Assembly (NCBI GenBank): GCA_036172245.1
Contig: JAYWIR010000012.1
Coordinates: 806,001-870,000, forward strand
Source of the DNA: Raillietiella orientalis
Lineage: Eukaryota
DNA: 64,000 nucleotides
Reading direction: 5' to 3'
Within the stretch, counting starts at the first letter, position 1; each line of letters begins with the position of its first letter. Below, piece after piece: positions 25,901-39,439 of this stretch. A program made the translations under genes and the position numbers. The notes under the pieces are model-generated. The model saw nothing but the letters and a program-made list of their open reading frames with translations, was not told the origin of the DNA and ran no database searches.

Positions 25901-28407
25901 ACCAGCCTCCTCCTGGCTCGAGCCGCGGGACTTGCTGGACTCTCCTGCGGGGAAAGGCGCGCTCTCTCGGAACGGAGGCCCGCACCTGGCTGTGAACGGC
26001 GACCGCCGCTGCAGCAGCCGTGGTCCTGGCAGTACAGCTCTACATCCCTCGAAGAGTCTTCGTACCTGAGGGCGGTGCCAATGCTTCCTGAGCTTCGCCA
26101 GACCCGCCTGCAGCGTAAGAAGCAATCCAGCATCAGCACTGGCGGCGTTCCTGTCTTCCGAAAGACCCCTTTTTTTTTCCCGAAATTTCCAGCGTGCCAC
26201 AAGAAAACGGGAAGGAATGCACGGACATGTATTTTCATGCACGCGTCTTCCTGGGAGCTGCACTTCTCGGGGACCGCGTGCGGCGTAGCTCAGTCCTCAG
26301 GGCGCGCCCTCCTCCGGACGCTGAAAGCGAGAGGGTCCGAGGCGTGGAGGAGAGCGGAGGCGTACGTGCGTCCACTTGGGCTGCATCAACGCTAAGGGGC
26401 TGCGAGACGGCGGACAGTGGCGGCGCTTTGTCGCTACGCGGGACCCTCAATCAGCAGCCAGGAGTGCTCCTGCGACTCCTCCGGGACGTCTTCCGTCTTC
26501 TCCTCGACGTCGCTACAAAGAAAACACATCCTCCGCTTCCACGCGTTGCTTTGCAGCTCCGGCTCGGTTCCGTCGGCGCCAAACTGCGGCAAGCATTTCG
26601 AAGGGAACATCCGGGAAGGACCCTCCCGCCGCCCGTGCCCCAGTGGCGAACTGGTGCCTGGCTGGTGAAGGGGGTCCCTCTTGCGAGAAGCCGCCGCAGG
26701 GCCCTCCGAGATGCCGACTGGCAGAATTCCATTCGGGTGGTTCGCAGATGCCCGCTCCCCGAAAATACACTGGCGGGTGCGTTTGCTCCGACACGCCCGC
26801 CTATACGCCCGCACGCCTGTCGCGTCTTTGGCGTGGGGGTGTTCGGCCGACTCGCCCGGACGGCTGCGCGGCACACGGGGAATTCAGGATCGGGGAAGCA
26901 CGCCCCGAGGCAGGGCAGTCTCGCGCCGGTAGCCGTATTTTGCGTTTCCGTCTCTCTTTCCCCGCCCCTTCTTTTCGTGGCACCCGCAGAGCCCTTCGGA
27001 GGAAAGAGGAAACAACCAGCGTGCGTGAGAATGAAGTGCAGTCTCTTCGGGAAGGGGCGATGTCCTTAGGGGTGGCCCACCGGCATTTACACGATTTTTG
27101 AACGCCAGGTTACCCGAAGAACCCGCGTATTGCCTTCTGGAGAAAGGGCGTCCTTTCGGAGCTCTTGCATCCCTTCCTTTCGCGCCTACCTCGGCTTGCC
27201 AGCAGCCGGAGGGAGCCGCGCTAGAGGCATGAAAGCCTCTAGCGCCAACAAACGAACCCAGGTGCGTCGCACCTGGGTTCGTTTGTTGGATCGGGCACAC
27301 GCTAGGCAAACTACGCTCCTTTCTTGCAACTTCAGCCGCTATTGGAGTATCCAGTAAGGACAGCATCCCTGAGATGGACCCAAAATGAGCCGGCAGTGGG
27401 TTGCTTTCAGGTGGCAACCGGAACGGCGATTTGCATGTCTTTCCTGGAGGACCACGAGAGACCCGTCCTTCTGACTGAACGGGAGCGTTGACGAACGAGC
27501 CGTGCGTAAAGGCGCGCGCGTGAAGCGCGTTGACGCACGTGTTTGGGGCTAGAAGATCCCGTGCCCCCTCGATGGGGCTCCGCGCCTACAACTGCTTGGA
27601 TTGGGTCGCTGCGGCTGCTCCCTCGCGCGCGATGAGAAGGGGGCAAGGTGGGATCACCAGCGAAGGAGGGAGCCCTTTATTCTCAAAGGGCTGGACGCGA
27701 TATAACCCTCTGCGGGTATCGCGCCCTCGAAGTTGCGTCTTCAAGATGGAGCGGGCGCGGAAAAGATCAGTGCGAAGGGAGACGTGCCTGGTTCGCCGAG
27801 GTGACTCCGTACAGGGAAGCACGTATGCTTTGGGCGCCGACTGAGGGCTTAATTGGAAACAGTGGGGCAGTGGATTTCTGTAGCCGGCATTCCGCCTTTG
27901 GGCTTCGAAGGGAGCGGGTGCCTGGTCAGGAGCTCTGGCTGGGTCCGCTTTTGCTCGTTCGTAGCGTGGAAGCGCCCCGTGGAAACGAGCGAGCGGAGAA
28001 GAGTCGGGAAGGGGTGCAGGCGTGCAGCCTCCGTGCCATGCGGTGGTCTTCCAGCCGCGCCTGATCTGAGAAACCGCTTTCTTCGTCCCTTCCTCCGCTT
28101 GCCTCATGCCGTCTCGCTGCGCTGTGACCTCAAAACATCTTCCCACAACAAGGGATCTGAGGGTCACCCGCGATCGACGCTACAGACGGCGGGAGGGAGC
28201 GGTCCTGCCCGTGACTGCACTGGAGGCGTCCGGGCGATGGCCTCAGGGCCGACCGATCGTTTTCAAAGGGGAAGGGAGAGTCGCGCGCGCAACTGGACGT
28301 CCCCCTCGCCGATCAGGATGGTAACGAGGGGACTGCGGGCTTCCTGCGTGCTCTCCCGGCCTTCCGCCTCTTCTGTGAACCCCGAGGGAGAAAGTCCGTC
28401 CTCTTCC

Positions 28408-30767
28408 CTAGACCCGAACCGAGCGGTACCCACGGAACCGGGCTGACCTGGCCTGGAAATCCCCGGTGGGTGTGGTGGTATCGGCTTCGAGGGACTTCGT
28501 GCATTCCTTCTCTTCCTCCTCCCCGTCTTCCTCGTCACTGACCAGAACCTTGTCCACAACGAAGAGATTGCCCAGGTTGTACACATACAGGTCGCTGAGC
28601 AGCACAGTAGCTCCGTTCACGGTGATGGCTCCTGAGCAGGCGAAAGGAGAACATTCGGGTTCAGAAATAAGCAAATTCGGGTTTCTTCCCTTTCCTTCCC
28701 TTCTCCCTCTTTGCTGTTGCTGGACTGCAGGGAGCCCCCCGTGACAAGGAGCACCCGAAATGGTAAAGGGGACGCTCGCGGGGTCAAGTGAGTTTCGTCC
28801 GCAAGGTCAGGAAGGCGAGAGGGGGCAATCCCTCTCCCTTTTCCTCAGCCGGAGGAAAAGAAATGGTTGCGGACGCTGCTCTCCTACGCTCCCCGCACTC
28901 ATTCCGAACTCTCGGAATGGGTGCGGCCCGGACGTCGCATTCCAAGAGAGCGGACGGAAATACAGAAAGAGAGGGACTTGCCATTCTTCGTTGTGACCCG
29001 GATGGGTTTGCCTCCGAGAGACTTCAGAGCTGTGGAAGCTTCCCCGGAAGCGCCAGTAAAGTTCGAGGAGTACCAGTATCCCGGGAGGGTGTGGTCCAGG
29101 AGCAGCTGGCAAACCTTGTCGTAGTAGGACTGGTCCATACGGATGTCGATCCAGGGCAACTCCCGTAACGCCGAGTCGATGGGTGCGAAGATGGTGTACT
29201 TGTAGTACTTGCCTGCAGGGGAAGAAGAGGAACAGGGGAGCGTGGCTCCGCTCGCCAGCGCGCAGGGGCGGCGCACCTGACTTGTAGTAACGAAAGCGCG
29301 GCGCTGCCCCGTGCGCGTTCTGGATAAACCATCGGAAGCGTGTCAAGTCCTCCAGCTCCCACAGCTTGTAGAAGAGATTGCTCAGAAACGCGGAATGGAT
29401 GTGGGGGTATATGAGTAGAGGAGCCGTCTCCTTGTCCCCATGGCTCTTCCTGAGCTCTTCGAAGACATCCACGTCCAGGAAGAGGACCTGGTCGATGAAG
29501 AACGCGTTCCCTCCGGACAGATACGCCTCTTTGTTGACGATGACATCCGCCCCGTTGATGGTGTAGCAGCCTGGTAGCTTCCGGAACACTGCAGGAAGAC
29601 ACGGGGTAGGCTAGCGTGCTTCCTCAGCTCCTCTTTTCTCTCCTGGGTTCTCACTTTTCGTCACGTGGCAGTCGCCACGCGGGCCGATCTGCAGCTTTTC
29701 CCCTCCTAGAGTCTCCCTGGTGATGTTCCTCTCGGTGAAGTCCTCGAAGGACATGCGCCCGAGGACGAAGTGGTTCAGGATGACCTTGTCCCGGAACTCA
29801 TCCACCGAGAACGGGTTAAACCCATAGTCAATTGGGCTCCAGCTCCTGAAGGCCGCGTTACTGGGGACGAAGACCGTGTACTCCCTTCCTGGAAGAAGAG
29901 GCGGAGCATTCCAGAGGCGCTGGATCAACGCGCTACCACGGTTACCCCTCCCCCTTCCCGCCGCTTTCCTTCCCGGAAGCGCTTGTTCTTTCCTACCCAT
30001 TCGGGACCACCTTCTCTGGACTGTGTGGAGACGGGGCCACCCTCCAGCACGCGGTCTCCCGGCAGCCTGCGAAGCGGCCACGAATCCATTCTTGGCTAGC
30101 AGAAGGGACCGTCTGTTCCGACCGCCTCCCTTCCCACCTTGCAAGAAGGGGATTCAAGGTTTTTCGACCGTAAACTGTCGTTTGCGTCGGGAATGCACCC
30201 ATAGGCTCAACATCGGGAACCACAGGCGAACCGGAGAGTATCCTGAGGGAAGGATGAAACTGGGAAGGCCGAGGGAAAGGAAACGACATCGTCTTGTCCC
30301 TTCCGACGACGACGCGCGCATTCTAAGCGTCGTCAGGTGGACCGGGAGGACCGCCTCATAGAATCGCGTCTCTTTGACTCCTTTATCAACCCTTCCCAGA
30401 GCATCGCCCTCTCCTCCCTCCCGCCCATCACCACCACCAGGATTCGCTCGATGTTGCGGAAGTCTACGAGGCACTCACCGGAGAGGAAGTGGCGGTGGAT
30501 GCTGCTGGCCAGGCCGAGCTGCCTGATGAACTCATTGTAGAAGGCGTGCTTCCGCAATTGGACAATCAGGGACGCAGCGAAGTTCCCCTCGAGCTCCGCT
30601 GCTCCTTCGGAACCCGCGTGGACGGTGGTCTCCTCCTCCGAGCTCGCTGCGGCGGCGCGCGCCCCGACGCCAAAACGCAGCACGCAGATGCAGCAGCACA
30701 CGAATAGCGCGGCCCCTGCCGCGCTGCAGCAACCCCTGCACCGACCCACAGCGGACGATCGCGCCAT
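28408..30767 (-). CDS. Secreted fasciclin (FAS1)-domain protein, two FAS1 repeats; exons 30767-30479, 29888-29655, 29588-29277, 29212-28982, 28631-28408 (3' end uncertain)
   Basis: Hydrophobic signal-like N-terminus. FAS1 H1 motifs YTVFVPSNAAF and YTIFAPIDSAL; H2 motifs GNAFFIDQVL and GNLFVVDKVL; INGA/VNGA. All four junctions are phase 1 and keep the frame. Confidence 0.88.
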
Positions 30768-33700
30768 GCTCTCCGGGAAATACGCCGCCTCGCCGGGCCC
30801 TCCGCGCTTAAGAGCGCGCGGCACCGGAGTGCGTCATCGCCCGAGGGCACGCCGACGCTTCCAAGTCGCAGTCAAGGTCCCCTCTACCCTCGGCTCTGAT
30901 TTTCCGATTCCGGCGAACGCGTTTCGCCGATTTCTGGTGCAGGGGTGCTTCGTTCCTCTCTCCTCTTCCCCTTCCCCTCAGCGGTTTCCCTTGAGAAGTC
31001 TCCGCGAAGGCAGAGCACCTCCAAAGCGGCCGATCGTGCCACAAGAAGTGGCGTGCGGTTGCGCAACGGTAGCGCGAGCGAGAAAGATTTATCACGCCTG
31101 TCGTTTCGTGTTTGTCTTTGTTTTTTTTTTTGCTGAGCACGAGCCGTTGGTCCACATCTCTGCTGGGTGCGGATCTTATCGCGGCCCTCATCCGCGCGTT
31201 TCATTTTCCTTCCTTCCCTCCCCTTCTCCCCATCGTCTCATGGAGTCATGCAGTTTTTTATCTCCGAGTCTCATCTCTGCTCCGCGAGTGGCGTCACGGG
31301 GGACCAGCGAAGCTGCAACAACCCACTTTTCCCCTTTCCGGAGCGTCTTTGCGCAGCCACAGCCGTACGGGCGTGCTCCCGTCTCGCGGTGGGAAGGGGG
31401 TGATCTCACAGTAACCCCCTGTATTCGAACGCGCCATCCTCAGACCCTCCAGGAAACCTCCCGTCCAGCACCGTCGTCAGGACTTCCACAACCACCACGG
31501 AAGCGACCACCTACTTCTGCGAAGGCACCATTCTTGCGCCGCCGCTGCCCTCAACACTGAGAAATGGGACCGCGGGACTGCTTTGGGCACTCCCTTCTGT
31601 TCCGATCTACTCCAGCCCTGGAGAAGTGCCTTTTCCAGATTGGGTTCCTCTTGTAGTCGGGAGGCAAGCAGCCTACAGAGAGATCCAAGCTTTGCGAAGG
31701 GAGACTGGCGAACGAGTCGCTCTTCCTCAATAAAAGAAAAGTCCGATCTCGTGAGCTCGTCGATGGGCGCACGTTCCTACTCCCTACTCGGTGCTTCGTG
31801 AAAAGTCCTCTCCCAAGCAGGGAGCTGGTGGGAAACGCTTCCTCAGTTGCTTCTCTCTCCGTTCGAACCTCACGTCCCCCCACGGGCGCGGTCTCACTTC
31901 GGTCAGTCGCACGTGAACAGGGACGGAGATGGAAATCTCGGCCGGCCTACTCTTCAGCCCACTTCAAATAACACAAATCTGACTCTTCCCGTCGGATCAT
32001 CCGGCAGTCGATCGGGGAGTATGATGTGGAGGAAGATGAAAAATGACGTTCAGAATGCAGAATGGAGTTCGAGCGTGCGATAGAGCTGAAAGCGCATGAG
32101 AGTTTCGGCGGCGGGTTGAGGGGGGAAAAAAGGTTTTTGTTTTCTACCTGGAGAAACTCCGGCGAGGTTGGTCGATGTCGCAGTCAGGGGCGGGGGAAAA
32201 AAAACAGCGCAGATGTCAAGAAAGCATTGCTTGTTTCTACGAAGTAAATACCATTGCTCGCTCTCATGGCAACCTCTTCTCCTCCGAAGACAACAGAAAG
32301 ATGGCCTTCTCTTTCACTTTGAGGAGCTTTTGTTTTTTTTGTTTTTTTTCCCATCCCCTTGTCGTCTTCAAGAAAAACAAAACGCACATAACGGAGCGAG
32401 TCATCGCGGAAAACAGCTTCACTTTTCCGAAAGATCATCTCAAAGATGTATCCTCTCCACTCCCGCAGCTTCACTCGCCGTCATGTTCGCTGTTGGCATC
32501 TCGAGGAATGGAAAACTTCAGGTGAGACTGGCGCTCATTCTACCTCCCACACAGTAAAAGAAGAGCGCTAATTTCGTGCTGTACCGAGGATTCGAAATTG
32601 CTGAAACCGTCCTGAGTGAAGGGGGCACTGAAGAGACCATCCTCTGCCAATATTGTAATCGTTCCATCATCAACGCCGAAAAGAATCCCTGTTATTTACA
32701 ACAGACTGTTCATGGTAATGTAATGTAGATGTGCTTCAAGAGTCCATGCGTGACCATTTAAATTTATCCTTAAGAATCCTGTTTACAAATGCTGTTTGAA
32801 GTGGCCCAGTGTATCGAGTGTTTCTTGTTCAGAATTTGGAGCCATGCAGCTTTGTCACTTCAAGTACGTGGGACGTTCGGACTGCTCATCATTCCTCAAT
32901 GGTAATTCCCGTTTGCAACGCTTCAATGCGTCCAGCCTCTTGCTTATAATAATTCAGGGCTGCCAATGATCAGCACACTTCGTTCTTGCTTTATCGAGGA
33001 TCCACACGACACTCAATTGCTGAACTACCTCCGGCCAAACAAAAACGTTGCATTAGGAGGGAAGTTGCTCGTTTTTCTCACATGCTTAATTCCGTCAAAT
33101 AAGAAACTTGTATGAATCCCTCTGGATTTCCTTTTATTTTCTTCCATATCGGTAAAATCGGGCATTTTTTTCATTTCCATCCATCAGCTTGCATATTTTA
33201 ATACCCTATTTTTGTATTCCTTCGTATTGACATTCATGTTTCACATTCTCTTCCTTTTTTGCTTTTCACGTTTATGTTTTCTTCTCCTCTGTAAAGTTTG
33301 CATGGGAAAGTAGGAAAAGCATTCGGCGAAAATGAATAAGGGATGACGACAAAAGAACCGTAAAACTCCTTTACTGCTCTTGGAACAAAAGTTCAATAGG
33401 TATGAATTAAGAATGGTGAGTGATGGTGAGTTACGTCAAATTTGGTTAGATGAAAAAACATTAGCTATTCATTATGCATTTATTCACATGTGTACACAAG
33501 AACGTCACGTTTGCCAATTACCCATTCCCACCTATAGTAGGAACGAACACTTCTTGAGTACCATTTTCGATTCAAATGAGTACTGAATGGTGTTACCTAC
33601 GCGACCCACATTACATGCAATTCAATGCAATGAGGAACCTGTAATACCAGACTGAATGTACCTTGCTTTGGAATCATGGTCGTAATTGAATCTCATGTCT

Positions 33701-35444
33701 ATCGCACTTGCAGAATGTCGGTTTCAGAATGTGGTACACGAAAATCATGTAGAAAAAGTGGGACGAAATTTTGAGCACGCATGGTGGTGCGTGACAAGTC
33801 TTAAAACGGCGACGGATTCTGCAAATGTGGGACGGCTGGTCACCTTAACTTACCGACATCTTCGGCGGATGCTGTGTGACTGCACCGACCGTGGCCACAG
33901 CAGCACGGCATGTGGGGGAAGCCTGACTGACGTGTACGGTTAAAAAAAGCAGTCTTCCCCCTATCGGTCCATGCTGTCATCGGGAAACGGAATCGTTGAG
34001 TTCTACTCTTCGGCGAAGAGCAAAACTGCATTTCATTCGAGATCTAGCATGCTAGGTGATGCTTTTTCTATGTGTGATCAAATTTTTTCCATAACGCGAA
34101 TAACAACAGTATAGGTAAAAAAAAAAAAGTCAGCAGGTCTTGTCCCCCTATTTTTTGCATTTGTCAAGGTGCAGTGTGTGCGTCGCGGTGTGCCTCCAAT
34201 TGATTCTCTCGGGAAGCATCAGTCTGTTTCCCAGGAATTCAAATTCGAGGCTTCATTTCTTAATGCCCGTTTTTATATACGTACGCCACGTGTATTTACC
34301 GAGTTCTTAATCAAAATGCAAAAGAATTGGCGGGTAGAAAAGTAATTGAAAAGTTGTGGTTTATCGATCTCTCTGCGTAGTCTTCAGATTTCTTCATTCT
34401 CCGACTCCCATTGTGAGATTTCATGATTCCATGTATTGATATTGTAAAGAGGATGTGGCATCAGTTTCGATTATGGTGGATGTCAAGTGGTGAATGTTCA
34501 TACCATCCCAGGATCAGATTTTCAGTTGGTGCAGCAATCATCCAAAGTTATGAAAAATGATTTCAAGCATTTATAGAGTGCACCTCGAATGTTTTCTATT
34601 GCAGTTATTGGCTGTAAAGGTATATATTTCGGCATCAGTTGATATCCCCAGTATCCCTAATTCATAAACATTTTCAAGTTTATTTTATCACATGTTTTTG
34701 CTCGAATGCCTAATTTTTATCAATTTTTATTATGTTTTCAGAATTTCGGCTTCATTATGTGTTGCTCATTGCATCGGAGTAGATTACAGTGTAATGACCC
34801 TTTCAGAATGGATCTTTGCAAAACGCATGCCCTTCTTCGCCCTTCATTTGCATGAAACAATTCAATTGCTTGGACAGGTGGCAATCCATACAATAGATGT
34901 TCCCTCCTATACAGGGTAATCGTGTAAGTCTGTAAGGAGGGAAATCGTCGCTGGTAGTTTCAGTCCCAGTCAAGTCCTGCCACAGGTTGTCCCAAGGAAT
35001 GCATTCTTACAAAGTCTCTCTGCCCTAAGCATGCCTTCTAAGCTTTGATGACGATGAAAACCCGCGTATTTTGACAGCGCCTCCTGATGCAGCTTCACAA
35101 AGGCAATCATCAGCTGCCGCATCTCTCTGACGTAGATGAAAGTGCTGCCGCCGTAGGTCGCGCGATTGCCTCTTTATATCAGTGGACTGCCTGCGTGCGA
35201 TGAACGAAACTTCGACCTATAAAGTTCAAAAAAAGTGTCATCCTGATTGGGATCCTTAGAAGATATGGCACTTGCAGCTGCAAGTTATCGCCATCATGTT
35301 GCTACAAGAATTGCTGTTGATAGTGTTGCGTCTTCACAGAACTCCATCGCCCGGTGACGCCAAGGCGTTTCTTCAAAACAACAAACCAATCGGGAGCACA
35401 GTTCCAAACAAATAGAAAATTCAACAGGTACCACCTATACACAC

Positions 35445-36432
35445 GGGCCTCATTCACCCATCTTGCCCTCGTGCTGCCCTCCCTCATAGAAGCCAGGAAC
35501 AGCCAAGAGGAGGCTCGTTACGAAGTGTCCTGCCTCATCGGAGGCAGGAAAAAAACAGTGAAGGCGTGGACGCCCCGGGAACTAGCGGACCCTACAGCCC
35601 CGAGAGTCCCGTCAAATGGAATCGTGCGCTGGGGCGAGCTGCTCGACATGCCTCCGGAGGAGTTGAAGTGGCCCTGGGCGTATTGAGACAGTGGCACTTA
35701 CCCTTTGGGTTGGCAGGAGACGGCGCTGCTTGTGCTCCATTGGGGACTTTGGAGCAGAGCACGCCTGTCTCACTGGACATTGGGGAGACTGGATGCCCAT
35801 TGTACAGAGTGTGGAGAGAGGGAGACCTTCCCCTACTTACTCATCGAATGTGTTGCCCTCAGCCGAACGTGGGATCGACTCTCGTCGGCCATAAACGTAG
35901 CGGTGGGCGACCCTAAAGACAGTTTTCATCGCCTCTTGAAGCGAAACTCCCTACCAGGTGCTGAGTGTGTAGCAGTTCTCTGCTGCATACGAGGAATACT
36001 GGACAAGTGGAACGCGTCGATAAGAGGCAACAGCAGTCGGAATGCCATCCACTGGGCAGTCATCTCCATGGAGAAGGCTAGCCATTGGCGCCGGCTGAGG
36101 AAAATCCTGCCGGCACTTGTTAGCATTTGGAACCAGATGCTGAGGCCTCCGCTCGGCGAGCAGTAATCCCTTCCTTCCCCTCCTCCTCCCTATAAACATT
36201 GTACCCCAGGCGTTTTTTTTTGTTTTTTTGTGTATTCTTTTTTTTTTCTTTTTCCCGTCCCATTCACGAGTGCAGTAGGCCTTACCGGCACTCAAGTCGG
36301 TAAACAAGTGCAAAACAATACGGAAATGTGTTCCGACAGGAACACAAAAACAATGAAAATCAATCGACTGCAATTATAAATTGTAATTTTGTTTTTTTGA
36401 ATAATAAAAGCCCCGGCTTACCCGGTTGAAAA
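35445..36432 (+). mobile_element. 5'-truncated Tx1-like element (ORF2 C-terminus plus 3' UTR)
   Basis: RWGELL..LKWP, WQETALLVLHWGL, CTECGERETFPYLLIEC. Ends AATAAAAG-CC-CCGG-CTTAC-CCGG-TTGAAAA. Direct paralogue of 39625-40591. Confidence 0.9.
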
Positions 36433-37650
36433 CACACGTCGTCCACTCTCAACGTTCGGAACGGATGGGTATTTGGTATCAGCCCGGGTCTTTGACATCG
36501 CCCGCTTCTTCTTCAAAAGCCAAGAAAATTCCTGAGTTGGTGGAATGGGACAATAAATAAATAAATAAAAAGGTGGGAGAAGACAGGATCTTTGGCCTCG
36601 ACCGTTCCTTTCTTCTACAACCGGCGTTGGATGTCGGTGATCTTTGTTCGTACCTGTGTAACCAGGTGAGGCTACCTAGCAACCGTCCTCGTGTAGGTGA
36701 CTGCCTTGCTGGTGACCCCCATTCGCTGCGCTTGCGTCTGAAAGACATGGCCGCGGCAATGACGCAAATGATCACTGCACCTGCTGAGAGTTCGCAGCGC
36801 GAGAAGAATCGCTGTAACAGGTCTCGTATGCGGTGTTCAGCTGGCACAAGAGCTCTGAATCCACCACGGTTCCTGGAGGCGCACCGCATTCCACAAGAAG
36901 ACATGGGGTGGATTCCACCGACCCGCAACTGGGACGGTTCGGCTAAAGAACTCCCCCTGAAACAAGCTTCAGGGACTGGTTGCACTGGACATCCCAGTAA
37001 GGGAACAGCAGCAGCCTGTTTCCTACTTATTGGGAACACTGAAGTGTTTAGGCACAAGAGAGGGACCACTTGGTCATGGGGGAGGGGGGACACCCCTAAT
37101 AGTTCGGACCACCCACGTACTCCCATTGCTTGGGAGCGAGAAGTGGCGGCGTCCACCAGCCCACTCGTTGTCTAGTCGCCCAGTAGTTGGGTCGCTCCTG
37201 CAATGGTTCAGAACTCCCGCCCCAGAACTCCTGCAATGGTCCTGAGGGTGAGCCACTGTCGTCGCTCACCCTCAGGACGGACAGTTCTGCGGCAAGGACT
37301 GTAGCGTCGAGCTCTGCATCACTTCATCCGAGAGATGTCTCAGGAAGTGACGCAGACAACGGAGTTCCTCTGGTTGCATTCCTTAGTTTGCAGTCCAGGA
37401 CACAACCAGCTCCTGTTGCCGGGCATTCACTGAGCGGCAGGAGATCCATGGCTGGGCTTCCATAAGCGAGGCGCGTTGCCTCAGCGGTATGCTGATACCC
37501 GCATCCTGTAGCGGTAGCAACGGTTCCTTCGCTGCAGGCTCAGCGCTGGAGGATGAGGCGCAAAGGCTCACACCACGGGAAGTCCACAGCTCGTCACAGA
37601 GTACAAAACTGCGTCTGCTGCTTTTCTAGTCTTGCGTTTGTCTCGTGTCT
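36433..37650 (-). mobile_element. Decayed Tx1-like ORF2 C-terminal fragment plus partial 3' UTR
   Basis: LWTSPWC, WISC, GVRGWSELLGV, LNTSVFPISRKQ are homologous to 450-1060. The 3' UTR is cut by the 3' end of the neighbouring element. Confidence 0.8.
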
Positions 37651-39439
37651 TGGGCCTCAAGCAGCTGGAGGCCCTTAGATGATCGGCGTGCTTTGCACAT
37701 TGCTGCTCTAGCACGCAAGCTAGTATCGCCGTTGGCTCTCGATTGAGCCCCCGTGCAACCTTTCAGCTCACCATTTTCTTGAACATCTTAGTGGAGAGAT
37801 TAGGGAATGAGGACATGAGGGATCTTGAGGGATCTTGCTCAGGAGGAACAACACTTGCGGCATTCAAAAGCGAAAATGCCACATGTCAGCTGCATCTGGT
37901 ACAGAGTGACGAGAAGTAGCGACTTACAGGGTAGTCACTGCCTCCGCTCTTTAAAAAGGAGTAGAACACTTCAGCAAAATGTTTTCTATTGGCACGTCCT
38001 TGAGGGGTTCCGTGATCTCCACGGATTTGCGAGCGTAAGCGGAATACTACAGATTCTGGGTATTTTCCAATCATCCATTGGCGTCCTCGACCGAATTGTT
38101 TCTTCTTTCCAGGCACCCTTATTCATGCGTACTCCTGTGTCAATGCAACCATCCACCGGAGATCATGACAGTTTGGGAGCAGTCCTAAGAGGCTATGAAG
38201 GAGGAACGATGTCGGTTCCCGGGAACAGGTGGTTCCATTGGCATAGAATTTCTTTGAAAAACTTTAATAAGTGGTTTATTATTTTTCTACTTCTGCGATG
38301 GAACTGGCATTTCATGCCCATCATCCTCAGGAGGAAGGCCAAGATCACCATCCCAACGTGGAGCGCCTATGTTCTTCCAGAGAACGCGAACCGTTGCACT
38401 GACAAAAAGCTTTCCAGAGCAACCTCGGTGCGGCTTTTAAAGATTCTGGGCAAAGGACTAAGAATAATCAGGAGGGTACAGAGGTGTTTACGAACGTGTT
38501 CCTTGTGACTGCGTGTTCCGGAAAGAGCAACTTGCCATCCTAAAACAGGCTGAGCACCACGCCTTCTCCGAAAAGAAACCTTCTGACCTTGCCTTGTGCT
38601 TTACCATGATCAACCACTCATTAAAGTTTTTGTCTCACCTGACTTACTACTTATACGCAACGCACTCTGCACGAGTGCGAGTTCAGCAAGTAGACGATTT
38701 ATGGCAGTCGATGAAGGATCTGTAGAAGACGCAGCGTTGCGGACTTACGTAGCCCAAAACTACAAATTTTCACTCCTCTTCAGCACCAATGGGGTGTTGT
38801 CCAGTTACGACAGGGATCTGCTCAGGAGGAGCTAAGCGTGTAGGCATGAGTGGACAACGGTGTGCAGAGCACTTCACCAAAAGTCAGCAACCACGAGGTA
38901 GTAAACGACTTGGCAGAACATACCACGATTCATGCACTCCAGAGAGGTCCGAACCCTTTCAAGACGTTTCATTCTGTCTATAGGGGACTCGCCGCCGTTT
39001 GGCTCACCATGCCGAATCGCAGATCATTCCGAAAGCAGGTCGACTACGCGTCTGAAGTGCAGAAGTTGTCTGCTCACACTTTGAAAGAAATTAAGTACCT
39101 GTCCACGGGTATCCCCAGTGATGGCGCTAAACCAGATGGGACTCAGACTGTCACCTTGCGTAATTCCTCGACTCATTGGCTCGTCGAACGCGTGACGAAA
39201 GCTGAAAATAGTGCTGATTTGCGCTCCGCGCCATTATGAGTGCAAGTACTGCGTCAACAAGGACATTTTTCCAAGGTGCTGCATGTCCGCTAGAAGGCCT
39301 CCCTCCTCCGTTCTCTATTTTTTGTTTGTCTCACTCCACCCCAAATTAAGACTAGAATGAAGGGTCTCCTGAGGAAAGCACTGTAGGGCTCTGTAGCTAA
39401 CGACCGCAACCTGAACCATTGTGAGTTTCAGCTGCGAGA

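Noticed and set aside
21780..27400. Possible minus-strand gene (donor-like sites at ~25872 and ~25159, kelch-like AYLYDVNSDTW at ~22150-22190)
   Set aside because: Candidate exons contain stops in the needed frames. No coherent model is possible without transcript data.
37780..39430. ORFs 37825-38508 and 38850-39239 between element fragments
   Set aside because: No recognisable motifs or start/stop context. Left unannotated.
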